Below the pieces are notes generated by a model, which had not been told where the DNA came from, made no database searches, and saw only the letters and a program-made list of their open reading frames with translations. A program made the translations under genes and the position numbers. DNA of 64,000 nt from an uncultured bacterium (GTDB lineage Bacteria; SAR324; NAC60-12), in assembly GCA_965662235.1 (NCBI GenBank), contig CBFIGY010000002.1:128001-192000 (forward strand), read 5' to 3'. Positions 29,528 through 37,587 of this stretch are shown here, piece by piece. Each line of letters opens with the position of its first letter. Position 1 is the first letter of the stretch.

Positions 29528-31135
29528 TTACTGAGCGCCGTTGAGGAGCTGCAGTACAGACTTCGGAATTTGGTTCGCCTGAGCGGCCATGGCGGTTCCT
29601 GAAGCCAGCAGGATCTGGTTCTTCGTGAACTCGCTCATTTCCTGAGCCATGTCCGAGTCGCGGATCACAGACTCGGCGTTGGTCAGCTTCTCACTGGCCA
29701 CCCGAAGGTTCCGGAGGTTGGTCTCCAGGGCGTTCTTCTGGAATGAACCCAGATTGGCGCGCAGGACGTTCACCTCTTCAATGGCTCGGTCGATCATCAG
29801 CAAGCCGTCCTGAGCCCCGTCTCCGGTTGTCAGGTCGATGTCGGCTAGGCTACGGTAACCGCTCTCATTCTCCAGCCCCTGGGCCAGCTGCTCAGAACGC
29901 AGGTCGCTGAGCGAGAACTTGATGGTCTGCTGGTAGTTGGAGCCCACCTGATAGGTCAGGGAGTTCTGGGCGACGTGGACGAAGCCGTCCACATCGTTGC
30001 CAACCAGCTCGTCGTTGGACTGCTGGACCAACTCTTGGCCCACCACGTTGCCTTGAGCATCCTTGATGTCGATGACACGCTTCTCCAGAACCTTGTCGTA
30101 CTGGACCACCAGGCCTTCCACCGGGGTGCCGGCGGCTCCCTCAAGGAACTGCCCACTGCCCACGCCAGGCTCTCCACCGATGTAACCGGCGACGTCTCGG
30201 CCGCCATCGGAGTAGGTAGCGATGTTTGCTTCCTTGGCGAGAACCCCTGCTTTGCTGGAGGTGACGCTGAAGGAAGGCTCGCTGCCGAACATTTTGTGCC
30301 GCACGTTCAGCATGCCGACGTCGTCAATGAAGACGTCCACATTGAGTCCGTTTTCGGCGGCCTTTTTGTCCAACGCTCGGGCGACCAGCTGCCGAATGTT
30401 GTTCTCGACTTCAGACTTGTCGAAGATCTCAGGAGAGAGGCGGTAGTTGTTGAGCAACTGATCGATGCTCTCCGCCATCTGCGGATCGTCGGTCTTGGTG
30501 TTCAAGCGGGCAAGGCGATTGCCTTCGTTGATCACAAAAGTGATCCCTTCGTCCAGGTCCTCAACAGTGAGGCCACGGTCGGCCACCACTTCGGTCCGGG
30601 TTGCCACCTGCTTGATGTCCACCTCATAGCCGCTCTTGGTTGGAGCGGCCTGGGTTCTTTCAGAAGCGGTGACAAAGCTGAGGCCGTTTCCGACCACGAC
30701 TCCGGAAGCGGAGTTGCTGCCATCAAACAGGGTCCGGGTGCCGAACTGTGTGTTCTTGGCAATCCGGTCCAGCGTCGAGAGCAGGTTCTCAACCTCGTTC
30801 TGGTCAGCTTGAAGCATCTTCTCGTCGTTGGCCCCTTCGTTGGCAGCGTGCAAAGCCAACTGGCGCATGTTGATGAGAATGGAACTCACTTCGCTGAGGG
30901 CGCCCTCGGCCGTTTGCACCATTGAGATGCCCGTCTCCGAGTTCTTCACCGCCTGATTCAGACCGGTGACCTGAGCTCGCATTTGCTCAGAAATCATTAA
31001 CTCTGCAGGTCCGTCTGCACCTGCATTGATCTTCATGCCTGAAGACAGACGCTGGAGGTTCTTCTCCGTTGCGTTGTTCGTCAATCCCAGGTGCCGTAAG
31101 GCGGTCATTGACGCAATATTGTGGTTCACTCGCAT
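29528..31135 (-). CDS. fliC: Flagellin (array copy 8, longest, with central insertions)
   Basis: Start moved to ATG 31135 (MRVNHNIAS) behind GAAGGAGG SD; QRLSSGMKIN; IRDSDMAQEMSEFTKNQIL. Confidence 0.93.
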   Translation of the reverse strand: MRVNHNIASMTALRHLGLTNNATEKNLQRLSSGMKINAGADGPAELMISEQMRAQVTGLNQAVKNSETGISMVQTAEGALSEVSSILINMRQLALHAANEGANDEKMLQADQNEVENLLSTLDRIAKNTQFGTRTLFDGSNSASGVVVGNGLSFVTASERTQAAPTKSGYEVDIKQVATRTEVVADRGLTVEDLDEGITFVINEGNRLARLNTKTDDPQMAESIDQLLNNYRLSPEIFDKSEVENNIRQLVARALDKKAAENGLNVDVFIDDVGMLNVRHKMFGSEPSFSVTSSKAGVLAKEANIATYSDGGRDVAGYIGGEPGVGSGQFLEGAAGTPVEGLVVQYDKVLEKRVIDIKDAQGNVVGQELVQQSNDELVGNDVDGFVHVAQNSLTYQVGSNYQQTIKFSLSDLRSEQLAQGLENESGYRSLADIDLTTGDGAQDGLLMIDRAIEEVNVLRANLGSFQKNALETNLRNLRVASEKLTNAESVIRDSDMAQEMSEFTKNQILLASGTAMAAQANQIPKSVLQLLNGAQ

Positions 31136-32496
31136 AAATCCTCCTTCAAGCGAGATGTTCCCCGAAAGCACTTAACCGAACCCATCCCTGAACCGGTAAG
31201 TGGAATGAAAATAAAATTTACTTGATAAAATAAACCGAACCCTGTGAATGACCCGGCGGAGCGTTCAGTCAGGCGAACACTGCGCCGCTGCCGACAACCG
31301 TTGGACCGTTGGACGAAGCCATTCGGACCCTCTGCGGACTAGACTGAATTCAGAATTCAGTTCGCCGTGCCAGAGAGGCTCCCGAGGAGTCTGCCAAGTT
31401 GATTCACTTCGGCGCTCAGACTGCAGAGCAGTCCAGACCGAGGCATCCGCAACTCAGCGCCCTCTCCTGTGAGACACTCGCGCAGCTCGAGGATCCTGCA
31501 AAGTCACTCGCTTCACGAAGGAGGACTTTAACGAAGCCTGCGAGCCAACACCTCGGCGGTCAAGCGTCTGGGCCGTCACAACCCTCCGGACTCCCATGCA
31601 GGAGTGCATGGCGGATGGTTGGGGGCGCCAGGGCCAAGGAGCCGGGATTCAGCTCGGCGTCCCTCAACATGGTGCGTTGAGGCAAACGAGTGCGTTCCCG
31701 TCCGAGGCCCGTGTCAGATCCGGATTCAGTTCGACGTCCCTCACCGAAGTGAGGCAGACGACTGGGCTCCTGTTCTGCACAGACGACCGATTGGTGCGTC
31801 GCATTTCTGTGAGCGGCACGATCCTGAGGACGCACTTCCTGGTTGCAGGAGAAGCAACGTGCGGGGAGACGCTTCCGGGTCGCTCTGGTTTCAGAGTAAC
31901 CGGAGGAGTCACATCGCACACTTCGACGTCCGAATCAGAACGCGTATCCGTCACAAGACACACGACGAGGTTCTCACAAAGGTGACCTCATGGACTCCGA
32001 CGTTCCTCGAGTGAAGAAGAGCAGGTTGATGCGTTTCGTGTGGGTCACGAAGGGGCTCTTCGTCAAGGAATGCCGGCCGAATCGGTGTGGGCATAGCCTT
32101 AGCTGGTACGTCCTGAAGGCTCTCATTCAACGGGCTGCCTGTTCCCGTTTGCGACCGGCATTGACGGCTCCGTCCCTGGAGCTTAGATCCAATCCCCTTC
32201 CAAGGGGCTTCAAATCTGTTTTCTCTTCAGTAAGGGTCCACTGGGGACACTCAAAAAGGCTTCCTGCCTTTTTTCTCAGTAACGTGAGCTTCTTCAGAAG
32301 CTTAAGGTTACCTCACTCACTTTCAGAGAGTCTTGACAACCCATTCCGATGGGTTGCTGCGGGTCTCAAAGGCGGGGTACGGCAACACCGCACCAGCTAT
32401 ATTTGTCAAACCGCCTTCAGGATTGTTTCGGTCAAAGATCTTGTTGTGGTTCCGAGCCTGGTCCCTTGGGAGGACACAGGACTCTTTCCTAAACTC
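31136..32496 (-). ncRNA. Candidate long structured non-coding RNA or 5' leader of the flagellin array
   Basis: No credible ORF; dense hairpins and multibranch stems, a UUCG tetraloop and mostly minus-strand G-U pairs; begins just downstream of tandem sigma28 promoters. Boundaries are inferred. Confidence 0.5.
31645..31775. repeat. Two degenerate direct repeats (period 77 nt) forming the same stem-loop
   Basis: GGATTCAGCTCGGCGTCCCTCA..TGAGGCAAACGAGTGCGTTCCCGTCC (31645-31703) versus GGATTCAGTTCGACGTCCCTCA..TGAGGCAGACGACTGGGCTCCTGTTC (31722-31775). Confidence 0.75.
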
Positions 32497-32503
32497 TCCT
32501 CTC

Positions 32504-32530
32504 TTATCGGCACTTCTGAGAAAACCTTTA
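32504..32530 (-). promoter_or_regulatory. Sigma28 (FliA) promoter P1
   Basis: Minus strand TAAA-N15-GCCGATAA, an exact consensus match, pointing into the flagellin array. Confidence 0.85.
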
Positions 32531-32581
32531 ACGCTTTTCCATTCGGTGCTCCCTCGAGAGGGTTCGCTTTCTTGCTTTCAG

Positions 32582-32608
32582 GTATCGGCAGGGGAGGAAA
32601 TTTCTTTA
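32582..32608 (-). promoter_or_regulatory. Sigma28 (FliA) promoter P2
   Basis: Minus strand TAAA-N15-GCCGATAC, 78 nt upstream of P1. Confidence 0.8.
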
Positions 32609-32779
32609 ATTGGAGGGCTTAATTTTTTTCAGAATCGTGTGAGAGTCCGGGCGGGACCGGGAAGAAGGGGAAGGGGGCAGAGAGGAAAGGACGGTCAGAG
32701 CGGCTTCAACAGCCGGGTCCGTTTGGCAGGGGAAATGGCGCAAGGACGCCCGCTGACGCGCTGAAACGCGCGCCAGGCA

Positions 32780-33484
32780 TCAGGAGACGTTTTCCTTGGC
32801 AAAGAGCTCCACGAGGTTCTGCGGTGCGTGCTTCTGCAGGCCTAGGTCAAGGTGCTCCTTCAGGTGCTGCAGGTGCGACACCATGACGTCCTGGGCCCGC
32901 TCGGCCTCCCGGGCACGCAGAGCGTCAATGATTGCAGCATGTTCATCGTCACGGCAGCTCGCCAGTCCCGGATCCCCATACAGTCCAATGATCAAGGAAG
33001 AACGGGCCACTAGGTCCTTCACCGCCCGCATCATGACCGCATTCCCTGCCAGCTGCGCAATGTGCGTGTGAAACAACCCTGAAAGCCGAATCGCCTCTCG
33101 TCGACGTCCGGCCACTCGCGCTTCCCGCTCGTCACGCAGGTGCTGTTCCAGCTGCGCCAGATCCGCTTCCTGCGCTCGCTCCAGAACCATCTTCACCAGC
33201 GGAGGCTCCATGATCAGGCGGGCTTCAAAGATGTCCGTGGCCTGCTGCGCCGTCGGCTTGGCCACAAATGCTCCTCGATTCGGAAGCAGCTCCACCACCT
33301 CGCGACTCGCCAGCAGCAGCAAGCTCCGGCGAATCCGCATCCGCCCCACGCCAAACGCTTCACACAGCTCCGCCTCCGACAGCTTGGTCCCTGGGCCCAG
33401 ACGCTGGTCCAGAACCGCCTCATAGATTTTTTCAACAATCCACTCCTCTTCCGCGTCTTCACGAGACTCCGGCATCAGTTGCAT
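32780..33484 (-). CDS. GntR (FCD-domain) transcriptional regulator
   Basis: PGTKLSEAELCEAFGVGRMRIRRSL wHTH, PNRGAFV, FH and EHAAIIDAL FCD motifs; divergent from the ABC operon. Confidence 0.92.
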   Translation of the reverse strand: MQLMPESREDAEEEWIVEKIYEAVLDQRLGPGTKLSEAELCEAFGVGRMRIRRSLLLLASREVVELLPNRGAFVAKPTAQQATDIFEARLIMEPPLVKMVLERAQEADLAQLEQHLRDEREARVAGRRREAIRLSGLFHTHIAQLAGNAVMMRAVKDLVARSSLIIGLYGDPGLASCRDDEHAAIIDALRAREAERAQDVMVSHLQHLKEHLDLGLQKHAPQNLVELFAKENVS

Positions 33485-33607
33485 AAACGATCCTCCTGTC
33501 AGTTGTTGGGCGGTGCTTTTGATTCTCAGGATAACAAACTCTCAGATGATGTCATTTTTGTCACCTCCGAAAAAATGCAGACATTGTGCACCAATTCCAA
33601 GTTTTAT

Positions 33608-33637
33608 GTTGACAAGATTGTTAACGATATGGATTAT
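33608..33637 (+). promoter_or_regulatory. Sigma70 promoter overlapped by a palindromic operator
   Basis: TTGACA-N17-GATTAT; GTTGACAA-GA-TTGTTAAC near-palindrome over the -35, a probable site for the adjacent GntR. Confidence 0.55.
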
Positions 33638-33714
33638 GCCCGGGCCAGCCTCAGGGCGCTGTCTGGCGTCTGGGCCGAGCGGCTCAAATCAATAAGCCAA
33701 GAGGAGTCATCCAA

Positions 33715-34902
33715 ATGAAGAAACGCAGCTTCCTAAAAGCAATGGCCACCACGGCCCTGTTCAGTGCCGTCTTTGGTACTTCCGCCTTCGCCGCCAATCC
33801 AGTTCTGAAGATTGGATTTGTGGGTGTGACCTCCGGACCCGCAGCGGCCTGGGGCATTTCCAATCAACGTTCGATGGAGACACGTGCTGCGTGGATCAAC
33901 GAAACCGGCGGCGTCACCATTGGTGGCACAACCTACGACGTCGAAATTGTCGCCTTTGACGACCAGAAGGACCCGAAGCGGGCCATTGCTGGAATGGAGA
34001 AGATGGCCCAAGAAGGCGTGCACTACGTGGTTGGCCCCAACGTTGACGACGGCGCTGCTGCCGTGCGTCCGGTAGCCGAGCAGAAGGGGATCATGTACTT
34101 CCCTTACGCCTTCCCGAAGTCGCTTTACACGGCTCCGGCCTCGAATGCAGTGCTGGGCATGGTGGCCAACTATCAGTCGGGCCCAGCCATCTACAAGTAC
34201 CTGATGGAAGAAAAGGGCGTCAAGACGGTCGCCTTCGTTGCAGCCAACGAGTCAGATCCGCTCAGCCAGCGAGATGGCGGCGTTGAGGCGGCCAAGGCCC
34301 TGGGCCTGGAAGTCGTCTCCAGCAACGTCACCTACCAGGTGGACACCACGGACTTCACCCCAGTGGTGCTGCCTGTGATCAAGACCCAACCGGACCTGCT
34401 CGTGCTGTCCGGAGTTTCTCCAGCCAACGCACCGCAGCTGATCCGCTCGGCCCGGGAGCTGGGATTTGAAGGCGTGATCTCCACCGAGACCGCTCAGGAC
34501 GCCAATGTCCTCAAGGAAGGTGCCGGAGACCTGGCCAACGGCTTTATCTCCGTCGGCGGCGCCTCGACCCCCCAGCTTGCTTCAGACATGATGCGGGAGT
34601 TTGTGGACCGCTACACCAAGATGTTTGGCGAGTACAACGACGAGTCCAACACCAAGGTGTACGCCCTCGAGTACATCCTTGAGACCCTGAAAGCCAACCC
34701 GAAGGCGATCAACGACGTCCAGGCCTTCCAGAAGACGATGGTCAACTTTGAGGCCCCGAACCCCTACATGGTGGGCAACGCCAAGCTCAAGTACGTGGGC
34801 ATGAGCTCATTTGGGCAGAAGCGCCAGCTGTCGGTGCCGCTGGTGGTGAACGTGTACCAGAATGGTAAGTTCGAGACCCTGTTTGTGGCTCAAGTCGACT
34901 GA
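33715..34902 (+). CDS. Liv/HAAT-type ABC transporter substrate-binding protein
   Basis: Signal peptide; KIGFVGVTSGPAAAWG, INETGG, DDQKDP, TDFTP motifs. Confidence 0.9.
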   Translation: MKKRSFLKAMATTALFSAVFGTSAFAANPVLKIGFVGVTSGPAAAWGISNQRSMETRAAWINETGGVTIGGTTYDVEIVAFDDQKDPKRAIAGMEKMAQEGVHYVVGPNVDDGAAAVRPVAEQKGIMYFPYAFPKSLYTAPASNAVLGMVANYQSGPAIYKYLMEEKGVKTVAFVAANESDPLSQRDGGVEAAKALGLEVVSSNVTYQVDTTDFTPVVLPVIKTQPDLLVLSGVSPANAPQLIRSARELGFEGVISTETAQDANVLKEGAGDLANGFISVGGASTPQLASDMMREFVDRYTKMFGEYNDESNTKVYALEYILETLKANPKAINDVQAFQKTMVNFEAPNPYMVGNAKLKYVGMSSFGQKRQLSVPLVVNVYQNGKFETLFVAQVD

Positions 34903-34960
34903 GACCTTTTTCACCGATCCGGAGGCCGCGTTGCTTCCGGATCCTCAATGAGAGCCCTCC

Positions 34961-35830
34961 ATGGAACAAATCATTGCGAACGGGCTGTACCTGGGCGCGC
35001 AGTATGCGCTGATCGCCTTGGGCCTGACCCTGATCTTCTCGCTCATGAGCGTCCTCAACTTTGCGCACGGCCAGATGTATGTGCTCGGTGGCTTTGTCAC
35101 CTACACCGTCGTTGCTCAATTTGAGATGCCGTTCCTGGTGGGACTCTTTGCCTCCGCCCTAGTGTTGGTGGTGGTTGGAGCCTTGATTGAAAAGTACCTC
35201 TTCCGCCCGGTGATTCAGAAGTCCCGGCGTGAAGAGAGCACCATGCTGCTCGCAGCCGGAATCGCCTTCTTTCTTGATGCGATCATCCTCCTGCTGTTTG
35301 GCGAGAAGCAACGGGGCGTCCCCAAGATCGTCAACGGCGTTTTCAACTGGGACTTCCGCATCATCATGCCCTACGACCGCATCCTCATTGGAGTGCTGGC
35401 CATTGGCATGATTGCCCTGTTCATTGTCTTCATGCAGAACTCCCGGGCCGGACGTGCCATGCGGGCCCTGGCTCAGGACAAAACGGCTGCGCGCCTGATG
35501 GGTGTTGACGTGGAACGCTACTCCATGCTCGGCTTTGCACTCGGCGCCATGCTGGCAGGCTTGGTCGGGGGACTGCTGGTCACGATCACCGGCATCAACC
35601 TGGGCATGGGGGGGCCCACCTCCATCAAGGCCTTCATGATGATCATGATCGGCGGCGCAGGGGTCATCTCCGGAGCCATTGCCGGCGGATTCATCCTCGG
35701 CATGATGGAAAGCGTTGGACTGACCGTCTTGGCGGCTTATGGCGACATTACCTACCTCGTCATCTTCGCCTCACTCATGATCTTCCTGTCCATCCGTCCG
35801 CAGGGACTGATGGGAAAGCCTTGGGGGTAA
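34961..35830 (+). CDS. LivH-like ABC permease
   Basis: YALIALGLTLIF...NFAHG, GRAMRALAQD, RPQGLMG. Confidence 0.92.
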   Translation: MEQIIANGLYLGAQYALIALGLTLIFSLMSVLNFAHGQMYVLGGFVTYTVVAQFEMPFLVGLFASALVLVVVGALIEKYLFRPVIQKSRREESTMLLAAGIAFFLDAIILLLFGEKQRGVPKIVNGVFNWDFRIIMPYDRILIGVLAIGMIALFIVFMQNSRAGRAMRALAQDKTAARLMGVDVERYSMLGFALGAMLAGLVGGLLVTITGINLGMGGPTSIKAFMMIMIGGAGVISGAIAGGFILGMMESVGLTVLAAYGDITYLVIFASLMIFLSIRPQGLMGKPWG

Positions 35831-35833
35831 GTC

Positions 35834-36805
35834 ATGAACAAACACCTTGCTGGCGTCCTCGCCTTTCTGATCAGCGTTTACGGAATTGTTCCCTGGGCCA
35901 TTTCGGCCGCCGAGCGCTGGGACCTTTATTACACGCTCACTTCCGTGGCCCTGCTGTCCATTGCTTCAGCAGGAGTCTGGCTGACCTTTTACATTGGGCG
36001 CATCAACATTGGCCAGGGCGCGTATGCGCTCGCAGGAGGCTACGTTTCCGCCATTCTGGTCACTCAAGGCGAGATCAGTTTTTGGCTAACGTTGCCCCTG
36101 GCCGGGCTCTTCTGCGCAGGGTTGTCCGTGGTCATTGGCCTGCCCATTCTGCGGTTGCGGGGGGTGTACTTTGCGATGATCACCTTGGTCCTCACCGAGG
36201 TCGGGCGCCTCTCGGCCCTCGCCTTACCGATCACCAATGGCGCCAAGGGCATCACGTCCATTCCGCTTCCGGAAGCCGTCACCCTCGGTGGTCTGACGAT
36301 CATTCCGGACTTCTCTCAGATGGAAAACCCCAAGCTCGGGTTTTACTGGATGGCTGTGACCATGATGGTCCTCACCTTTGCGGTGATGTGGCGCATCGTC
36401 AACTCCCGGCTTGGGCACCTCTGCCGGTCGCTGCAGCAAAACGAAGAACTCGCGTCTTCCATTGGCGTCAACATCGCCTACCTCCGGGTGCTGGCGTACT
36501 CCATTTCGTCCTTCCTTGGAGGAATTGCAGGGGCCAGTTTTGTGGCCATTTCCCAGTCCATCTACCCCTCGTCCTTCCAGGTCACCGACAGCGTCAACTT
36601 CATGCTCAACTGCTTCCTCGGAGGCTTGGGCTACGTGTTTGGCCCCATGTTGGGAACCCTGATGCTGTACTTTGGGTGGGACCTGCTCTTCAGCACCGGC
36701 AAGTTTCAGCTGCTCATCTACTCCAGCCTCATGATCCTGCTCATGCTAGTGCTCCCGAATGGGGTGCTGAGCCTCTTTGACAAGAAAGAAGGAGGAAGGC
36801 GATGA
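35834..36805 (+). CDS. LivM-like ABC permease
   Basis: LRLRGVYFAMITL, GGLG...GP, LPNGVL. Confidence 0.92.
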   Translation: MNKHLAGVLAFLISVYGIVPWAISAAERWDLYYTLTSVALLSIASAGVWLTFYIGRINIGQGAYALAGGYVSAILVTQGEISFWLTLPLAGLFCAGLSVVIGLPILRLRGVYFAMITLVLTEVGRLSALALPITNGAKGITSIPLPEAVTLGGLTIIPDFSQMENPKLGFYWMAVTMMVLTFAVMWRIVNSRLGHLCRSLQQNEELASSIGVNIAYLRVLAYSISSFLGGIAGASFVAISQSIYPSSFQVTDSVNFMLNCFLGGLGYVFGPMLGTLMLYFGWDLLFSTGKFQLLIYSSLMILLMLVLPNGVLSLFDKKEGGRR

Positions 36806-37584
36806 GTGCAATCTTGCAGGTGCAGGGGGTGACCAAGCGCTTTGGCGGTCTGATTGCCGTCAATAATGTCAGTTTTGAAGTGCAGACCGGAGAGATCCTG
36901 TCAGTGATTGGCCCCAACGGAGCCGGAAAGTCGACCCTCTTCAAACTGATCTCCTCCTTCCTCCGGACGTCTAGTGGCGAAGTGCTCTTCAAAGGCGAGC
37001 GGATCAACAACCTTGCGCCCCATGTGGTGGCCCGTAAGGGAGTGGTCCGGACCTTTCAGGAGACGACGATCTTCCGTTCCATGACCGTCCGGGAGAACAT
37101 TGTGGTCGCTCACCACCTGAGGGCCCGGGCTTCGCTGCTGGGGTACTTCCTCGGAACCGGTCAGGCCCGCACCGATGAAGCCGAGCTGGGCGCCTCGGCG
37201 GACGGCATCATCGACTTCCTCGGCCTCGGAGAAATCCGGCATGAGCTCGCGTCCAACCTTCCGCAGGGACACCTCCGAGCCCTCGGCATGGCGATTGGCT
37301 TGGCCACCGACCCCGCGGTCATTCTTCTCGATGAGCCCTTTGCCGGCATGAACCACGAGGAGACCATGCGCATGGTGTCGCTGGTGCGTCGGCTACGAGA
37401 CGAACGGAACGTGACCGTCTTGCTTGTCGAACACGACATGCCTGCTGTGATGAAGATCTCAGACCGCATCGTGGTCATCAACTTCGGAGAGAAGATTGCC
37501 GAAGGCACTCCCTCTGAAATTCAAAATAACCCGAAAGTCATCGAGGCCTACCTGGGCTCTGAAGATGCTGCGATTGGGATGTGA
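36802..37584 (+). CDS. LivG-like ABC ATPase
   Basis: KRFGGLIAV, GPNGAGKST, LLDEPFAGMN, VEHDM. Confidence 0.93.
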   Translation: MSAILQVQGVTKRFGGLIAVNNVSFEVQTGEILSVIGPNGAGKSTLFKLISSFLRTSSGEVLFKGERINNLAPHVVARKGVVRTFQETTIFRSMTVRENIVVAHHLRARASLLGYFLGTGQARTDEAELGASADGIIDFLGLGEIRHELASNLPQGHLRALGMAIGLATDPAVILLDEPFAGMNHEETMRMVSLVRRLRDERNVTVLLVEHDMPAVMKISDRIVVINFGEKIAEGTPSEIQNNPKVIEAYLGSEDAAIGM

Positions 37585-37587
37585 ACC

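Noticed and set aside
31365..31475. Glycine riboswitch (minus strand GGAGAG...GCCGAAG...CTCTCTGG)
   Set aside because: The CC needed for P3 is taken up by a GGCGCU/AGCGCC helix, the CUCUCAGG motif is imperfect, there is no second aptamer and the gene context does not fit.
31655..31765. c-di-GMP-I riboswitch (GGCAAAC and GGGACG words)
   Set aside because: The two words lie on opposite strands, and there is no GAAA tetraloop or following GCAAAG.
31645..31775. CRISPR array
   Set aside because: Only two degenerate copies, no regular repeat-spacer pattern and no cas genes.
31621..31990. tmRNA (starts GGGGGCG)
   Set aside because: No GGAUUCGAC 5' motif and no T-arm/CCA 3' end.
31248..32764. ORFs of 74-210 aa in the long leader (for example 31990-32622)
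   Set aside because: Ser/Arg/Phe-rich composition unlike the real genes, no recognisable domain, mutually overlapping.
16786..32780. Invertase-based or RNA-guided (TldR/TnpB) flagellin switching
   Set aside because: No recombinase, TnpB/Cas12-like gene or flanking inverted-repeat switch is visible in this window.
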